Assembly (NCBI GenBank): GCA_964565215.1
Contig: CAZMCO010000004.1
Span: 1 to 44,093 of the forward strand
From: an uncultured Candidatus Saccharibacteria bacterium
Lineage (GTDB): Bacteria; Patescibacteriota; Minisyncoccia; Portnoybacterales; UBA2143
Direction of reading: 5' to 3'
Length of the DNA: 44,093 nucleotides
Position numbers and translations under genes: made by a program. The notes beneath the pieces were generated by a model. It was not told the DNA's origin, did no database searches, and saw only the letters and a list, made by a program, of their open reading frames with translations. Positions 42,946 to 44,093 of the stretch are shown here, piece after piece; position 1 is the first letter of the stretch; the number at the start of each line of letters is the position of its first letter.

Positions 42946-44093
42946 TTAGTCAATGGTTATCTTAATCTTTTTCTCTTGAAGGGGTATCCGTTTAACCCAA
43001 AATGGCCAAAAAGTAACTTTAGCTGTTTTGATTTCTGGTCGACTAGCTAAATATCTCCTTACATCTGTCTCAGTTTGACCAGCTAAATCTTTCTTCAGTG
43101 TCTGAATATCTATCTGCCAAGCAACCTCTTCCTCAACTCCTAAAGAAAAAGCAACTTCTTCGGCTATCCAATCTATTGTTGATTCATATCGCTTAATTTG
43201 TTGTGTTTCAGAAAGAGGTATCTTGTTCTCAGAAATATTAGAGATTAAATTTAAATCAACTATTTTTTTTAAATCTTCTTCCTTAAAAAGTAAAGCCCGG
43301 GCCACTGCCTTCATTTCTATGGTAAAATTATCGACCTGGCTTTCCTCCTCAACCGTAGAAATTTCAGTTATTTCTTCTTTTAATCCTCCCTCGACTAATT
43401 TAAAATCGGCCGGAATTTGTTCTTGAAGAGCTCCCTTAGCCTCATTTTTTAATTCTTCAGTTAAGTTTTCTTTTGCTTTTTCTAAGTCTTCAGCTAAAAC
43501 TATCTTGATTTTTTCTATGGAACCGCCGGTCATTGACGTCTTGGACTTAGCATAAAAGCCAGCATATTTAGCCGTTCCCTTAAAACCGGGGATAGTGAAA
43601 TTAGTCGGACCAATATTATAATCAGCTCCTGGCTGATCAGCTAATATTTCTACTTCAATAGTGCTGGGAACAATTTTACCTTCTTCTATTTTAGCTCCTG
43701 GTACGATAATTTTTTCTGTTATTCTAAAAGTTTTGCCTTCAGATGATTCAAAACGAGTAGTCGCCACCAAGGTTTGAGGACTAGAACTGTATTCATTATA
43801 TATAGTAACCATTCCCCGTGCTTTTTCGTTTAGCTGCTTTTCTCCACTAGCCATAAACTTTTTGCTTTTTGTCTTTTCTATCCTCAATTCCTGAAGAGGA
43901 ATTTTATTCAAACTCTCATCAAGATGAGATATATCTTTAGAACCAACTACCATTAAATCAAAACTCACTTTCTCGGTTTTAGGAGAAATAATTATCTCGG
44001 TAGTTGGTAAAGCTAAATAACCCACTAGAGCGGCTACCAATAAAGCCAATCCGATAAAAATAATGAAAAATTTTGGCCATTTTGAAACAGCCG
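42946..44093 (-). CDS. Membrane-anchored baseplate-J/gp47-like domain protein, 5' end outside the window
   Basis: Frame open to window end; TM FFIIFIGLALLVAALVGYLAL; KARGMVTIYN, TRF, VPG, ADQPGADYNI, TGG motifs. Confidence 0.75.
   Translation of the reverse strand, partial: AVSKWPKFFIIFIGLALLVAALVGYLALPTTEIIISPKTEKVSFDLMVVGSKDISHLDESLNKIPLQELRIEKTKSKKFMASGEKQLNEKARGMVTIYNEYSSSPQTLVATTRFESSEGKTFRITEKIIVPGAKIEEGKIVPSTIEVEILADQPGADYNIGPTNFTIPGFKGTAKYAGFYAKSKTSMTGGSIEKIKIVLAEDLEKAKENLTEELKNEAKGALQEQIPADFKLVEGGLKEEITEISTVEEESQVDNFTIEMKAVARALLFKEEDLKKIVDLNLISNISENKIPLSETQQIKRYESTIDWIAEEVAFSLGVEEEVAWQIDIQTLKKDLAGQTETDVRRYLASRPEIKTAKVTFWPFWVKRIPLQEKKIKITID

Noticed and set aside
1513-43426. Short ORFs nested in or antisense to well-identified genes (1513, 3948, 4137, 5122, 5981, 7359, 10668, 18402, 21789, 24097, 27568, 28693, 34219, 36106, 36903, 37182, 40411, 43223)
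   Set aside because: Shadow frames of conserved genes with no SD, promoter or motif support
1-44093. CRISPR array, rRNA, IS element, integron attC array or recoded TGA
   Set aside because: No regularly spaced direct repeats, rRNA, transposase or integrase seen; genes end at TGA and Trp/Gly use standard codons

Overview
AT-rich bacterial chromosomal window with standard genetic code (TGA is used as stop). Gene content points to Patescibacteria/CPR, probably Parcubacteria (inference): cupin-type PGI, GH130, split transketolase, class I aldolase, two mreB, short ProS and L13, PEGA and baseplate-J-like membrane proteins. It is mostly housekeeping: a Doc/Fic toxin with a tiny antitoxin at the left edge; holin-like/secG/peptide-binding protein/GH130/pgi; tRNA-Leu(CAG) abutting rnj; a long minus-strand redox, pentose-phosphate and glycolysis operon containing one unknown 421-aa protein; rnhB-MGMT fusion, tgt, trmH; a murA-mreB-GT4-holB-frr-rseP-proS-mreB-mutM-GH1-EamA-GH run; and the infA-rpmJ-rpsM-rpsK-rpsD-rpoA-rplQ-rplM-rpsI cluster. 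Four genes are missing from the ORF track: the Doc toxin, its antitoxin, a 47-aa basic protein and rpmJ. Features not explained by the standard genes are: self-contained orphan expression cassettes (promoter, SD, ORF, terminator); two promoter-hairpin-terminator units that look like sRNAs; a motif shared by two distant terminators; REP-like palindromes lying in frame inside proteins; and an apparent non-AUG start coupled to secG. No CRISPR array, rRNA, integrase or transposase was seen. All calls were made by eye from motifs; no database searches were run.
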